Below, piece by piece: positions 10,041 through 19,650 of a stretch of 64,000 bases of DNA. The notes beneath the pieces were generated by a model. It worked only from the letters and a program-made list of their open reading frames with translations, was not told where the DNA came from and did no database searches. The position numbers and the translations under genes were made by a program. Each line of letters starts with the position of its first letter. The stretch's first letter is position 1. Origin of the DNA: an uncultured virus (IMG/VR IMGVR_UViG_3300049216_000090) (lineage: Duplodnaviria > Heunggongvirae > Uroviricota > Caudoviricetes); IMG/VR virus record IMGVR_UViG_3300049216_000090; one strand, written 5' to 3'.

Positions 10041-10325
10041 ATGACCCTGGGCCAACTGCTTACCTCCAACATCAAGGTCACGAAACATTACCCGTACCGC
10101 ACGGCGATGGTGACGCACGACAAGTCGCTCGTCTTGAACGGTCCTTACAACCACAACGACGGCGTTGACCGCCTTCACCACCACGTCGCCCATCAGGTGA
10201 GGGAGAGTGGTCGCCCCGACAACCACGAGTGTTACCAAATCACCATCCAGGACAAAACCTATTACTTGATGTTTTCGGACTGGAGCTACAAACTCAGCAC
10301 CGCCATTCAAGTGAGGAACTGGTAA
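10041..10325 (+). CDS. hypothetical protein
   Basis: ORF after terminator. Confidence 0.55.
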   Translation: MTLGQLLTSNIKVTKHYPYRTAMVTHDKSLVLNGPYNHNDGVDRLHHHVAHQVRESGRPDNHECYQITIQDKTYYLMFSDWSYKLSTAIQVRNW

Positions 10326-10768
10326 TGAGCGAACGACTCAGCCGCAAAGTGTTCCTTGATGTCTGAAGGGATGGCACTATTTGTCTTCGGTCTGAAGACA
10401 ACATCAAGGAAATCGACGCCGCCCTGCCCGTGTTCACCACGGACACCAGGGAAGAGGCGGAACACCTACAGACGTTGTTCTCGTCCCTCGCCCACAGCGG
10501 CGAGCTAAAAGGACGGCACATCGTACAAAACATCAATCGGGCGGCTACCGACACTCAAGCGTTGCAGGAGATGGACAGGTTGGCCGAGCGGATGGAAACC
10601 GTCTACCAGCAGATGAAGCTACGCAACGCCGACCGGAAGCACAGGTGCAGCGAACTGCCCGCCGGGTGGGAGATCGTCTACCAGGACGGTTGGAGACTCT
10701 TCCGAGGGGCGCACTCGGAATCCGCAAACTTCTGTCCCTTCTGTGGGGTCGATCTGAGGACGCTATGA
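10325..10768 (+). pseudogene. hypothetical gene interrupted by an in-frame TGA at 10364-10366
   Basis: TAATG-coupled ATG 10325 is in frame with ORF 10430-10768; a single TGA at codon 14. Confidence 0.5.
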
Positions 10769-11211
10769 AACTTTCAGAAACCACGTTCTTCGTGAGGGTC
10801 AATAAAACCTTCATGGAGAAACTTCAGATGAAGCCCACGCAGCTTGCATGGTTCGTCATGCAAGCCGCCAAGTCCCTCGACGAGTCGCTGTGGGACCAGA
10901 ACGAGAAGGTGAAGGATACTGCCAACTTCGACTGTTGGCTTCACGACCTACTGTTCGTGAAGACCGACAAGCGCACCAACAAGACCACCCAGGTCAAGAT
11001 GACCATCGAAGCCATTCCCTTCCCGAAGGGCGTGCTGATGTTGGGCATCCAGGGCTACCAAGATACCTATCCGTATCCGCCACGTCCCGGCGACGACGTG
11101 GCCGACATCCTCTATCCCAACACCTTCCAAGAACTCTTGGACAAGTCGGAAGAAGAGTTGGACATCGAGCGGGCAACCCTGGAAGACGGCCAGAACAAAT
11201 TCTCTGTGTGA
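10765..11211 (+). CDS. hypothetical protein
   Basis: GAGG RBS, ATGA coupling. Confidence 0.7.
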   Translation: MKLSETTFFVRVNKTFMEKLQMKPTQLAWFVMQAAKSLDESLWDQNEKVKDTANFDCWLHDLLFVKTDKRTNKTTQVKMTIEAIPFPKGVLMLGIQGYQDTYPYPPRPGDDVADILYPNTFQELLDKSEEELDIERATLEDGQNKFSV

Positions 11212-11213
11212 GC

Positions 11214-11252
11214 GTGAACTAGACCGGGCCAGCCCGGTCTACACTGCGGAGA
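11214..11252 (+). promoter_or_regulatory. motif A (outlying copy)
   Basis: GTGAACTAGACCGGG-CCAG-CCCGGTCTACACTGCG. Confidence 0.85.
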
Positions 11253-11294
11253 TAGTCTCCACTGCGAAATTTCTCGCAGCAGGAGTACCAAGTT

Positions 11295-11606
11295 GTGTTC
11301 GACAAGTTGATCGCCGACGCCAAGACCGCCTTCGCAACCGGAAAGCTGAAGCCCGGACGCAAGGTTTATTTCAGCAACTCAGTCGCCTGTGTCATCGGTG
11401 CGGCCTGGGCACTGCATCACGAGTACCGCCCGCCGCAGGGTGAACGTATCGGGCATTGGGCGATGGAATACTACAAGTTGCCACGCCCGCAGATTCAGGG
11501 CTTCGTCCACGGGTGGGACGGTAGCGGCAAAGAGGACGAATCCGAGGGCTATCTGGAAGGGTACGCCGCCGGTGAGAAAGCCGCCCTCGACATCCTGGGG
11601 GCGTGA
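11295..11606 (+). CDS. hypothetical protein
   Basis: AGGAG RBS, GTG start. Confidence 0.7.
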   Translation: MFDKLIADAKTAFATGKLKPGRKVYFSNSVACVIGAAWALHHEYRPPQGERIGHWAMEYYKLPRPQIQGFVHGWDGSGKEDESEGYLEGYAAGEKAALDILGA

Positions 11607-11962
11607 TGGACGAACTCAACAACCTGCTCAACGCCTACCGAGCATCCGAGTACGTTGTCGATCCCGACGGAATCATCGGGTTCCGGGACAAAACCGACGA
11701 CACCGCCGTCTGGTTCCGACTGATCCGTGGACGGTATTACTTCAGTGGGCGATTGCCTCTGGCGAGTCTCGACAACAACCTGAAGGTGAAGCGTGACCAA
11801 AAAGAAAGACCCGTCCGAACTGAAGAAGACGGGGCCGAAGGGCAAAGAACACTACAGCTACGCCGAGGCGAAGGCGAAGGTCCAATCGCTCAAGATCACG
11901 GGCTTCACGGCGTACCGGGCGTACTGCCAGTCGCCCTACTACGACCAGAAGATGCCGACTGA
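11603..11962 (+). CDS. hypothetical protein (3' end overlaps next gene)
   Basis: Coupled start; long overlap makes the C-terminus uncertain. Confidence 0.45.
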   Translation: MMDELNNLLNAYRASEYVVDPDGIIGFRDKTDDTAVWFRLIRGRYYFSGRLPLASLDNNLKVKRDQKERPVRTEEDGAEGQRTLQLRRGEGEGPIAQDHGLHGVPGVLPVALLRPEDAD

Positions 11963-12227
11963 CCCGCTCCGCACCTACGGCAGCGAGTTCGAGGGCTGGC
12001 CCGGCTTCTGTGGCAAGACGGAGTTCGTCGGCCTCAAGGCCGAGAAGTACGCCACGTTCGCCCAAGCCAGCGAAGCCGCCCAAAAGCTGGGCATCACGAC
12101 GAAGGAAGACTACCGAGTCCGTCACCACCTGGACCCTAAGCTGCCCGCCGTGCCGTCCCGGTTCTACGCCGACTGGCCCGAAAAGAAGCCGTGGTACATC
12201 TTCCTGGGGAAGAAGGTGAACGCATGA
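11793..12227 (+). CDS. integrase-repeat (INT_rpt-like) protein with two repeats and no catalytic domain
   Basis: Two units resembling Y.TF.EA..AA..LGI....DY......DP.LP..P...Y..W....FLG. Confidence 0.65.
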   Translation: MTKKKDPSELKKTGPKGKEHYSYAEAKAKVQSLKITGFTAYRAYCQSPYYDQKMPTDPLRTYGSEFEGWPGFCGKTEFVGLKAEKYATFAQASEAAQKLGITTKEDYRVRHHLDPKLPAVPSRFYADWPEKKPWYIFLGKKVNA

Positions 12228-12499
12228 TACTCGTAACTTTCAACGGCATGAGGCTCTGCAAAGACAACGCATGGCGGGTGTTCGCCAACTACGGCACATA
12301 CCGCTCGTGTGTCAAAATCTACAAGAGCGAAGCCGCCGCCCGTCACCGGGCCAAGCGTAACGGCGGGACAGTGGTACGCATCCCCGACGGGATGGAGATC
12401 GACGCCGCCGGTCAGATCATCGAAACCATCGACGGCAAGACCAAAATCCGTCGCCTCGAAGAGTTCACCATCTACGACCCCAAGAAGGAACAAGCATGA
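12224..12499 (+). CDS. hypothetical protein
   Basis: ATGA coupling. Confidence 0.7.
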   Translation: MILVTFNGMRLCKDNAWRVFANYGTYRSCVKIYKSEAAARHRAKRNGGTVVRIPDGMEIDAAGQIIETIDGKTKIRRLEEFTIYDPKKEQA

Positions 12500-13407
12500 A
12501 GACCCGTGAAGCCAAGCGTATTGCCCGATCCGTCGAGAACGGGGACGCCATCTACCCAGGGCACGTTCTCCGCAAGGTGGCCCTCCAGTTGGGCCGACCA
12601 CTGAACATCAGCGTCCCGAACGCCGACCTGTTCTATTACCCAAAGGGCGTGCAAGGCGAGTTCGCCGTGGCGACGAAGTACCGCCCGCTGATCGAGAAGA
12701 TCGTGAAGGTGAAGGATGCCAACCCGAAGGATTACGACTACTTCCGTGAACTGGAAGTGAAGCCGGGTCAACTGGTCATGAACCCCCACGCCGGGAGCGA
12801 CGTGGAGTGGGCGTGCAAGAAGTCGTGCCGACTCGCACGCACCATCGGGATGGTCATCACCTTCGACTTCAACGACGAGCCGATGACGGCCCGCCCGCAC
12901 AGCCAGCCGGACGCCCTGTACGCCCGCTGGCATCAAGAGAAGGACCGGAAGTACCGGGAATACCTCGCTTCCGACGAGTACAAGGAATTCCTCGCCGAAC
13001 AGGAAGCGGAGCGTGTCGAAGCCCAGGGCAAGATCGACGCCCTGTTAGAACGGCTGCACACCGTAACCCGTGGCCCGGAGTTCCGGGACGACGACCAGGA
13101 CGCCCTGTTGGATTGGATGTACGAATTCAGCAAGGTGGCCGATCTCAACACGGTGGTCTGGGACATTCCGGTTGTCGCCGACCGTCTTACGAGCGCCGGG
13201 TGGACCGCCAACGCCCACGTCCTGCCCGACGGTCTGACGAAGGAACAGGAAGAAAATTTCAGGGCCACCATCCGCAGTGACAAGCGGATCGACGCCGAAT
13301 ACATCATCGGCCAGTGTGTCACCTGCATGTTGGGCGGGATGCCGCCGCACCCGGTCGTCACCAAGTTCATCGACGAGTACCGCAACATCGTGGAGAAAGC
13401 GGCCTAA
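12496..13407 (+). CDS. hypothetical protein
   Basis: AAGGA RBS, ATGA coupling. Confidence 0.8.
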   Translation: MKTREAKRIARSVENGDAIYPGHVLRKVALQLGRPLNISVPNADLFYYPKGVQGEFAVATKYRPLIEKIVKVKDANPKDYDYFRELEVKPGQLVMNPHAGSDVEWACKKSCRLARTIGMVITFDFNDEPMTARPHSQPDALYARWHQEKDRKYREYLASDEYKEFLAEQEAERVEAQGKIDALLERLHTVTRGPEFRDDDQDALLDWMYEFSKVADLNTVVWDIPVVADRLTSAGWTANAHVLPDGLTKEQEENFRATIRSDKRIDAEYIIGQCVTCMLGGMPPHPVVTKFIDEYRNIVEKAA

Positions 13408-13730
13408 TGGCTGAAGCCAAAAGTATCAACCTGACCATCGCCTCCGAAGTGTACCGTGACCTCCGCAACATAGCGGCGATCCGATACATGACGGGGGCGA
13501 CGGACAGTATGGTCGATGAATTCATCATCAAACTGGTGCGTGCCATCGACGCCGGGGCCGAGTGCTTCGAGTTGAAGTACAAAGACCCCAACTACGACGC
13601 TTCCGAACCGACGGGGAATGGCATCGCCGTAAAGGTCAAACATGCAAATCGACAAGCTGACAGCGCCGCCGGTGGTGGGGCAGACGTACATTGTGCCGGT
13701 GGTCCTGTACCGCCACATCATCAACAGTAG
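13407..13730 (+). CDS. hypothetical protein
   Basis: TAATG coupling. Confidence 0.55.
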   Translation: MAEAKSINLTIASEVYRDLRNIAAIRYMTGATDSMVDEFIIKLVRAIDAGAECFELKYKDPNYDASEPTGNGIAVKVKHANRQADSAAGGGADVHCAGGPVPPHHQQ

Positions 13731-14199
13731 TGGCGCACCTGCCGCCGACCCGGAACTGAGGAAGTTGGGCTACCGGGACATCGTGTACAAGTACGAATTC
13801 TTCAAGATTCCCGTACTCGACAATCGCCCGCACACCGACCCGCCCAGCTTCCCGATGCACTACCATATTGATTTGAGATTTTACGAGACGACCGACCTGG
13901 GCCGGGGTATCGTAACTCAAGACACCGTGGTCGATCTGACGCACGAGCCGATGGTTTGCATCCGGGAAATGCCCGAATACAACTACGTCGCCCTGCCACT
14001 CGCTACGATGTTGGAAACCCTCTACGGGGACAAAAAACTGTCTTCGTGCAACCGCTGTCCTCACAAGAATCAGTACGTCGGCAATTGCAGCACGAGGGAC
14101 AACATCATCGAGTGTCCGGCACACGGGTTGATGTTCGACGCAACCACCAGGAAGGCAACGAATCGACGGAGGACGCCCATTGAAACCAAGAACGCCTGA
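13642..14199 (+). CDS. Rieske [2Fe-2S] domain-containing protein
   Basis: C-terminal NRCPH...IECPAHGLMFD (CxH...CxxH). Confidence 0.75.
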   Translation: MQIDKLTAPPVVGQTYIVPVVLYRHIINSSGAPAADPELRKLGYRDIVYKYEFFKIPVLDNRPHTDPPSFPMHYHIDLRFYETTDLGRGIVTQDTVVDLTHEPMVCIREMPEYNYVALPLATMLETLYGDKKLSSCNRCPHKNQYVGNCSTRDNIIECPAHGLMFDATTRKATNRRRTPIETKNA

Positions 14200-14461
14200 C
14201 GACATAGTTCGAGTTTTCACCATGAAGAAGAAACACGACAACCGGCCCGAAATCATCAAGTTCCTCGACAACTTGGTGCGGGCGGCTGCGCAGTCTGAAG
14301 CCGACATCCCCAACGTCTACCGAGACGTTTGTATCGAACTTCTCTGCTCCCTGGGGCCGGAAGTCATGAAGAAGAAGCTGGGCGAGATCGCCGAGGGCTA
14401 CGGCCAGAAAGCCCCGAACATCGTGATGCCGACCTGGGAAGGGAACGACATTCCGTTTTAG
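14180..14461 (+). CDS. hypothetical protein
   Basis: GGAGG RBS before TTG. Confidence 0.6.
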   Translation: MKPRTPDDIVRVFTMKKKHDNRPEIIKFLDNLVRAAAQSEADIPNVYRDVCIELLCSLGPEVMKKKLGEIAEGYGQKAPNIVMPTWEGNDIPF

Positions 14462-14462
14462 G

Positions 14463-14491
14463 TTTACAACCCAACCAAACCGTGGTATTAT
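14463..14491 (+). promoter_or_regulatory. sigma70-type promoter (TTTACA family)
   Basis: TTTACA-N17-TATTAT with extended TG. Confidence 0.75.
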
Positions 14492-14494
14492 CCC

Positions 14495-14626
14495 ATGCCC
14501 CACGACGAAGAGTACGACCGACTGATAAAGCAACTGCTGCTGATGGCCTACATTTTCGCAGCCGTCTCGCTGGTAATCGGGGCGGTCTTTTTCGTTTCCG
14601 GGCTTTACGAGATCATCAATGACTGA
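14495..14626 (+). CDS. small membrane protein (43 aa)
   Basis: MPHDEEYDRLIKQLLLMAYIFAAVSLVIGAVFFVSGLYEIIND, one hydrophobic helix; below the ORF-track cutoff. Confidence 0.5.
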   Translation: MPHDEEYDRLIKQLLLMAYIFAAVSLVIGAVFFVSGLYEIIND

Positions 14627-14960
14627 CCTACAGACGCTCGCCGATGAGATGAAGGCCACTGCGGATCAAAATAGGATCAGCAAACAGCGGATCATGGAAG
14701 GATACGTCTTCCCCGACATCCTGCGACAACGCATCGAGTTGGGGGAAGTGCGATACATCCTCCAGTTCAGTTACGACGAACTTTCCGACCAAAAAGAGAT
14801 GGGCCACCTGTCGTTCTCCCGACTCGACATGCAAGAGCCGAGCGACCTGGAAGTCCTCACCTTCCAAGAAGCCTTCTTCGGCCACGAGAAGGTCGTTCAG
14901 TTCCCCGGCGTTATCGGGCGGCACGTTATCCATCTAGGAAAAATTACGGCAAAGACATGA
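14619..14960 (+). CDS. hypothetical protein
   Basis: Coupled ORF. Confidence 0.65.
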   Translation: MTDLQTLADEMKATADQNRISKQRIMEGYVFPDILRQRIELGEVRYILQFSYDELSDQKEMGHLSFSRLDMQEPSDLEVLTFQEAFFGHEKVVQFPGVIGRHVIHLGKITAKT

Positions 14961-15577
14961 ACAACAAATTGTTCACCAACACGCCCGATACGGCTGCCCT
15001 CGACGCCGAGTACAAGAAGTACATCGACAACGCCGCCCACGATTTGATGAAGGCCGAACACGAAAGCGACGTGAACCTGGAAGCGAAGGCCCAGGAAGAA
15101 GCCCGTTGGGGCAGTTGGGTGGTGTCGGCCTCCCGACGCTCGTTCGCATTCCATCAGGCTTGCTTCGCCGTCAATCCTTTGCACACGATGGGCGGGGTAC
15201 GGCCAACCATCGAGACAGCGGCCATTGCGGTGGGGAAGCACATCATGCTTCGCTACCAGGAAATCACCAAGAAAGTACGCCCGGCTTTCTTCAAGTTGCT
15301 GTGGGTCAAAACCAACATCGTGCTGGCGGTGAGCGACATCACGCCTACAGTCGAAGTTGACACCAACTTTCAGACTGACGAGCGTATCGTGGCACGTCGG
15401 GCCGCACGCAGCTACTACGATTCGTACACGAAGGTGGGAATCGACCCGCCCCTCATCAAGCTGGTGGGTTTCGACAACGACGGCACGGTAATCGAAGAAA
15501 TTCCGCTCGGCATCCATGAACTAGACCCCGCCGAGCCGGTCTTGGTACAGGTGGACATTCGCTCCGAGTCGCACTAA
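14957..15577 (+). CDS. hypothetical protein
   Basis: ATGA coupling. Confidence 0.7.
   Translation: MNNKLFTNTPDTAALDAEYKKYIDNAAHDLMKAEHESDVNLEAKAQEEARWGSWVVSASRRSFAFHQACFAVNPLHTMGGVRPTIETAAIAVGKHIMLRYQEITKKVRPAFFKLLWVKTNIVLAVSDITPTVEVDTNFQTDERIVARRAARSYYDSYTKVGIDPPLIKLVGFDNDGTVIEEIPLGIHELDPAEPVLVQVDIRSESH
15516..15544 (+). promoter_or_regulatory. degenerate motif A embedded in coding sequence
   Basis: ATGAAC-TAGACCCCGCCGAGCCG(17 nt)-GTCTT, about 60 nt before ATG 15603. Confidence 0.4.
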
Positions 15578-15602
15578 GCGACATCCTCGAAGGCGGTAGA
15601 TC

Positions 15603-16967
15603 ATGGCGAAGAAGAGCAAGGCGTTGGACGACTTGAAGAAGGCGTTGAAGGACGCCATCGACGAAGGTGCTGCCAAGAACAGCAACGCCGTCAATCCCAA
15701 GCTGAAGCGACAACTCGAAAAGGTCGTCACGACCAAGCCCGCCGACAACGGCAACGCCGGTGGCCTGTTCACCATCGTCGCTCTGCTGGCCGTCCTGGGC
15801 TACCTCGTACACCGGGTCGGCGGGTTCGACCTGATGTGGGCCGACATGCCCGTGTTCTTCAGCGGCCAAGCCCTGCAACTCTGGGGCAAGCACAACGACA
15901 TCTTCGCCACCAGTGTGACCGTGATCCTGGTCGAAGTGTTGCTCTCCTTCGCCATCCTGATCCTGATGGGCGTCACCGGACAGACGAAGACCGAGGGCGA
16001 ACACGCCGTCGCCAACATGATGCACAACATGCAGGTGAGTCACCACTTCCTGGGCATGTTGTTCATGGTCATCGTCGAAGAGGCGTTCGCCCGCTGGTTC
16101 TTCCTGGGCGTGCTACGCCACATCCCCGGCCTGGGCGGTCCAATCGCCTTCTGGGGCTTGCTGCTCCTGGGCAACGGCCTGTGGGCGCTGATCCACCTGC
16201 CCAACTTCAAGAACGAAGAGGACCGCAAACTCATCAAGGTGCTGCCGCAGTTCGTCAGCGGGTTGCTGTTCAGCTACATCTACGTCAAGTACGGCTTCCT
16301 GATGGCGGTGATCGTCCACATGGGCTGTAACTCGGTACTGTTCACGCTCCACAAGGTCGAAGTGTTCGGTTGGGTCGATGCCATCGGGTTCCTGTACATG
16401 GCTGCCGTCGCCGCCATCGCCTACGAGAACATCGGCTTCCCGCTTTCCGACATGCTGGCCTGGGTCAACTCCCCCGAAGCTGGCGGTCGCCCGGTGGCGT
16501 TGGAGGGCTGGGGCTTCTGGAACTACTTCGCAGCGAGTCTCGCCCTCTCCTACGGCGTCAACGGCATCGCCGGGCTGATGTTGTTCGACGGCAACGGCAA
16601 GAAGAAGGAAGAGAAGAAGACTTCCACAAATGACGCCCCCTTCGCCGTCTACATCGGAGTCGCCGCCCTGCTGCTCGCCGCCTTCCTGGGGGCGATCTAC
16701 CTGGAATACTGGTTCATGGGTTTGTTCTTCGACGAGTTCTACCTTCGGGCCGTCGCTGTGGCGCTGACCCTGGCGTGCTTACACACGGGCCGCAGCGGTA
16801 GTTCCATCGCCCGAACCTTCTGGGTGCTTGTGCCGCTCACCTACGTCAGCGTGTGCATCATCGTGGTGTTGGGCTTCTGGCAGGCGGCGGCTTCCATCAG
16901 TCTCGCCATGTTGATCGGCTTGCCCGTGGTTCTCATCAACCACGTCAAGTACCAGCTTCAGGACTAA
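15603..16967 (+). CDS. CPBP (CAAX/Abi) family intramembrane metalloprotease
   Basis: VEEAFARW (EExxxR), WALIH, IVHMGCN (HxxxN); many transmembrane helices. Confidence 0.8.
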   Translation: MAKKSKALDDLKKALKDAIDEGAAKNSNAVNPKLKRQLEKVVTTKPADNGNAGGLFTIVALLAVLGYLVHRVGGFDLMWADMPVFFSGQALQLWGKHNDIFATSVTVILVEVLLSFAILILMGVTGQTKTEGEHAVANMMHNMQVSHHFLGMLFMVIVEEAFARWFFLGVLRHIPGLGGPIAFWGLLLLGNGLWALIHLPNFKNEEDRKLIKVLPQFVSGLLFSYIYVKYGFLMAVIVHMGCNSVLFTLHKVEVFGWVDAIGFLYMAAVAAIAYENIGFPLSDMLAWVNSPEAGGRPVALEGWGFWNYFAASLALSYGVNGIAGLMLFDGNGKKKEEKKTSTNDAPFAVYIGVAALLLAAFLGAIYLEYWFMGLFFDEFYLRAVAVALTLACLHTGRSGSSIARTFWVLVPLTYVSVCIIVVLGFWQAAASISLAMLIGLPVVLINHVKYQLQD

Positions 16968-17005
16968 CCCAACGGGCGGCGTAACCCGCCCATTGCGAGG
17001 ACAAA

Positions 17006-17512
17006 ATGACAAACGCAGAACCGATCAACCCCGTCACCATCCGGGGTTACAACGGCGAAGGAAACGACCAACGAGCCGTCGCCCTGGGGCGGCTCTGGAT
17101 CGGCAGCAACACGCTGGCCGACGGTCCCCACAAGTTCGACTCCAAGAACATGGTGGGCGATCTCGACAAGGTGATGCAGTTCATCATCTTCGAGGAAATC
17201 ACCAAGTTAGACGTGTTGACCTTCATGGTGGGTGATGAGAACGATTTCGTCAAGGGCATGAAGGAACTCCGTCAGCCGGGCCAGCGGCACTTCGCCATGT
17301 CGGGCAACCCGGCCAGGGGCGATGTCGAGAAGCGGGAGATGACGTTCACCAAGATTCAGCGCCAGGGCGATTGGTGGATCGTCGTGGAAGGCTTCAAGGG
17401 CGAGCGCAGCACCGCCGAATCGGTGAAGATGATGACGCCCTGGAAGAAGTTCGACAAGGGGATGGATCACTTGTTCCCGAAGGGGGAATTGTTGACCCCG
17501 GAGAACAACTGA
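17006..17512 (+). CDS. hypothetical protein
   Basis: GAGG RBS. Confidence 0.75.
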   Translation: MTNAEPINPVTIRGYNGEGNDQRAVALGRLWIGSNTLADGPHKFDSKNMVGDLDKVMQFIIFEEITKLDVLTFMVGDENDFVKGMKELRQPGQRHFAMSGNPARGDVEKREMTFTKIQRQGDWWIVVEGFKGERSTAESVKMMTPWKKFDKGMDHLFPKGELLTPENN

Positions 17513-17964
17513 TGAAGTTCCAGGTCCGTGACATCGTGAAGGCGAGTATCGAGTTCGGTTTTCGCCTGTTCGCCGTTGTTCGGATTCAAGACGGCAAGTA
17601 TTACGCTGTCGATATGAAGAACAAGAAGCGATACTGGTTGGAAGAATCCCAACTGGACAACAAAACCGGCACTATTCCCGAAAGCAGTCCCCTGTTGCTG
17701 CTGGACGAGGCGTATGACGCCAGTGCCGGGTCGAAATACGCTGAAGAACGGGCCATGATCTCCACCGGCAACGAGCAAAAGCGGTGGATGATATTGGCGA
17801 TGCTGAAGCCGGGCGACAACATCGAAGTGGTTGTCAATAACACCATCCACACCGCCGTATTCGTGCAGCTAAATCTGACCAAACCTGTTAGGGTACTCAG
17901 AGCAAAAGTGCAGGGAAGGCTCTTGGACCTTCCGCTGGAAGTGGTCTACGCCGAGCAGGTTTGA
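17512..17964 (+). CDS. hypothetical protein
   Basis: TGATG coupling, GGAG RBS. Confidence 0.7.
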   Translation: MKFQVRDIVKASIEFGFRLFAVVRIQDGKYYAVDMKNKKRYWLEESQLDNKTGTIPESSPLLLLDEAYDASAGSKYAEERAMISTGNEQKRWMILAMLKPGDNIEVVVNNTIHTAVFVQLNLTKPVRVLRAKVQGRLLDLPLEVVYAEQV

Positions 17965-17965
17965 G

Positions 17966-17994
17966 TTTACAACCTCGCAAAAACGGGGTATCAT
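17966..17994 (+). promoter_or_regulatory. sigma70-type promoter (TTTACA family)
   Basis: TTTACA-N17-TATCAT. Confidence 0.7.
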
Positions 17995-18017
17995 TGGGGG
18001 AGCAACAAGGAGCAATC

Positions 18018-18428
18018 ATGCCTATTCAGTTTGAAGACGGTGGCATTCTGGACGGCGGCGACTGGACCCAAATCCTCCGGTTGCTCGCCGAGAAGGGGCA
18101 GGCTGCGGCTGCCGCCGGGGTAGAGCCGCCCAAAGTGAAAGAGATTCGCTCCAAGGATGGCGTGACCATCAAGGTCGGCAACCTGGAGTTGAGGAAGAAG
18201 CCGAAGATGCCGCTGTCGAACCCCGACGCCCTGGAAGGGACGTACAAGGGGTTCACCATTCGGGTGTGGCGACAGACCCGTGAGGAAATCTACGGCTGCA
18301 ACTACTGGCGTCCCGGCTCCGAGGACATTCGGTATTTCGAGTACCGGGTCATCGACGTTCGGGACGAGAACGAAATGTTCCGGGTCGCCAAACAGTGCAT
18401 CGACCAAGTGATCTCCGCAGGACAATAA
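18018..18428 (+). CDS. hypothetical protein
   Basis: AAGGAG RBS. Confidence 0.7.
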   Translation: MPIQFEDGGILDGGDWTQILRLLAEKGQAAAAAGVEPPKVKEIRSKDGVTIKVGNLELRKKPKMPLSNPDALEGTYKGFTIRVWRQTREEIYGCNYWRPGSEDIRYFEYRVIDVRDENEMFRVAKQCIDQVISAGQ

Positions 18429-18429
18429 C

Positions 18430-18735
18430 ATGAGCGTCGTATACCACGACAAGAAGCCGTCCTTCGGCGTACTCGAAGAACCCCGCACTTGGCCGGACGA
18501 CTACGACGTGGCCGGGGAAGTCGATACCGACAACCTGGACGAAGTGTACGAACTGACCAACACCATCACCGGCCCGTGGTGGGAGAACGCAGGCGTCAAG
18601 AACGCCAAGCCCACCCGCTCCACGTCGGTGGGTGACATTGTGGTGACATCCAAAGATGTCGTTTTCCTCGTGCTGCCGGTCGGGTGGCAGGAAATCGGCA
18701 AAGCCGACCAGAAGATCGTGCTGCCTCTGGTCTGA
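18430..18735 (+). CDS. YodL-like protein
   Basis: LDEVYELTN...RSTSVGDIVV motif. Confidence 0.55.
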   Translation: MSVVYHDKKPSFGVLEEPRTWPDDYDVAGEVDTDNLDEVYELTNTITGPWWENAGVKNAKPTRSTSVGDIVVTSKDVVFLVLPVGWQEIGKADQKIVLPLV

Positions 18736-18745
18736 GGGAAACAAG

Positions 18746-19285
18746 ATGCCGGTCATCGAGAAGAAACCGAAGTGGGCAGACAAGTTCGCCTCACTTGTTG
18801 ATTCGTGTTGGGAACACCACGGTCCCTGTGCCCACATTCACTTCAAGTGGGCGTGGGACACCGACAACAAGTGCTGGTACATTCTCGCCGCCCCGGTGTG
18901 GCAAGAAGTGCTGGGCGGCGAAGACGACGGCAAGAAGGTCTGGACCGGCTTCGTGTTCCATTCCGACGCCTTCGCCCAGGCCAACGGCATCTTCATCGAG
19001 AAGAACGCCATTTCCAGCACATGCAACTCGTGCAGCATTTCGCCACGAGCGCTCTTCGCTGGGAAGTTCCGAACACACGCCATCAGCTTCCAGGTCTACC
19101 TGGAACCGCTGCAAGACCAGCCGGTGGTCGAAATCATCGACACCATCAACAACACCATTACGGAAAAGGAAGACGACGATGACCATGATGGAGAACCTTC
19201 GGCTGAGGATCACGAAGGCAATGAAGGAGCGGAACCCGGAGAGAGACATTCTCCGGGTCTACCTGGGGAAACTCCAGGAGATTGA
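18746..19285 (+). CDS. hypothetical protein
   Basis: GAGGG RBS. Confidence 0.65.
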   Translation: MPVIEKKPKWADKFASLVDSCWEHHGPCAHIHFKWAWDTDNKCWYILAAPVWQEVLGGEDDGKKVWTGFVFHSDAFAQANGIFIEKNAISSTCNSCSISPRALFAGKFRTHAISFQVYLEPLQDQPVVEIIDTINNTITEKEDDDDHDGEPSAEDHEGNEGAEPGERHSPGLPGETPGD

Positions 19286-19649
19286 GTCCAGAGAGGGCGG
19301 CGACAAGCTGACCGACGACCGCTGTATCGCCGTCGCCCGCAACATCATCAACGGGAACAACGACGCCATCCAGTCGGTCATCACCGAGGGCAAGACGCCG
19401 CCCGCCGAGTGGAAGGAAAAGTTGGACGCCGAGAACGCCGTGATGCAGACGTTCTTGCCCAATTACATCACCGCCGACGAGATCAAGGCGGCGTTCGACA
19501 CCGCCACCGTCGAAGCCATCAAGAAGGCGCAGAACGACAAGGCCGCAATGGGCGTGGCGATGAAGTTTCTGAAGTCGAAGCCCGAACTCAAGGTCGAAGG
19601 GAATACCGTCAAGGATGTCGTTGCCGCCATCTGGCACGAGGGTCGCTAA
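19179..19649 (+). CDS. GatB/YqeY domain protein
   Basis: ITKAMKER...ILR, E.AV...FLP...T.DEI, MGVAMK.LK, VEG..VK.VV. Confidence 0.75.
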   Translation: MTMMENLRLRITKAMKERNPERDILRVYLGKLQEIESREGGDKLTDDRCIAVARNIINGNNDAIQSVITEGKTPPAEWKEKLDAENAVMQTFLPNYITADEIKAAFDTATVEAIKKAQNDKAAMGVAMKFLKSKPELKVEGNTVKDVVAAIWHEGR

Positions 19650-19650
19650 C

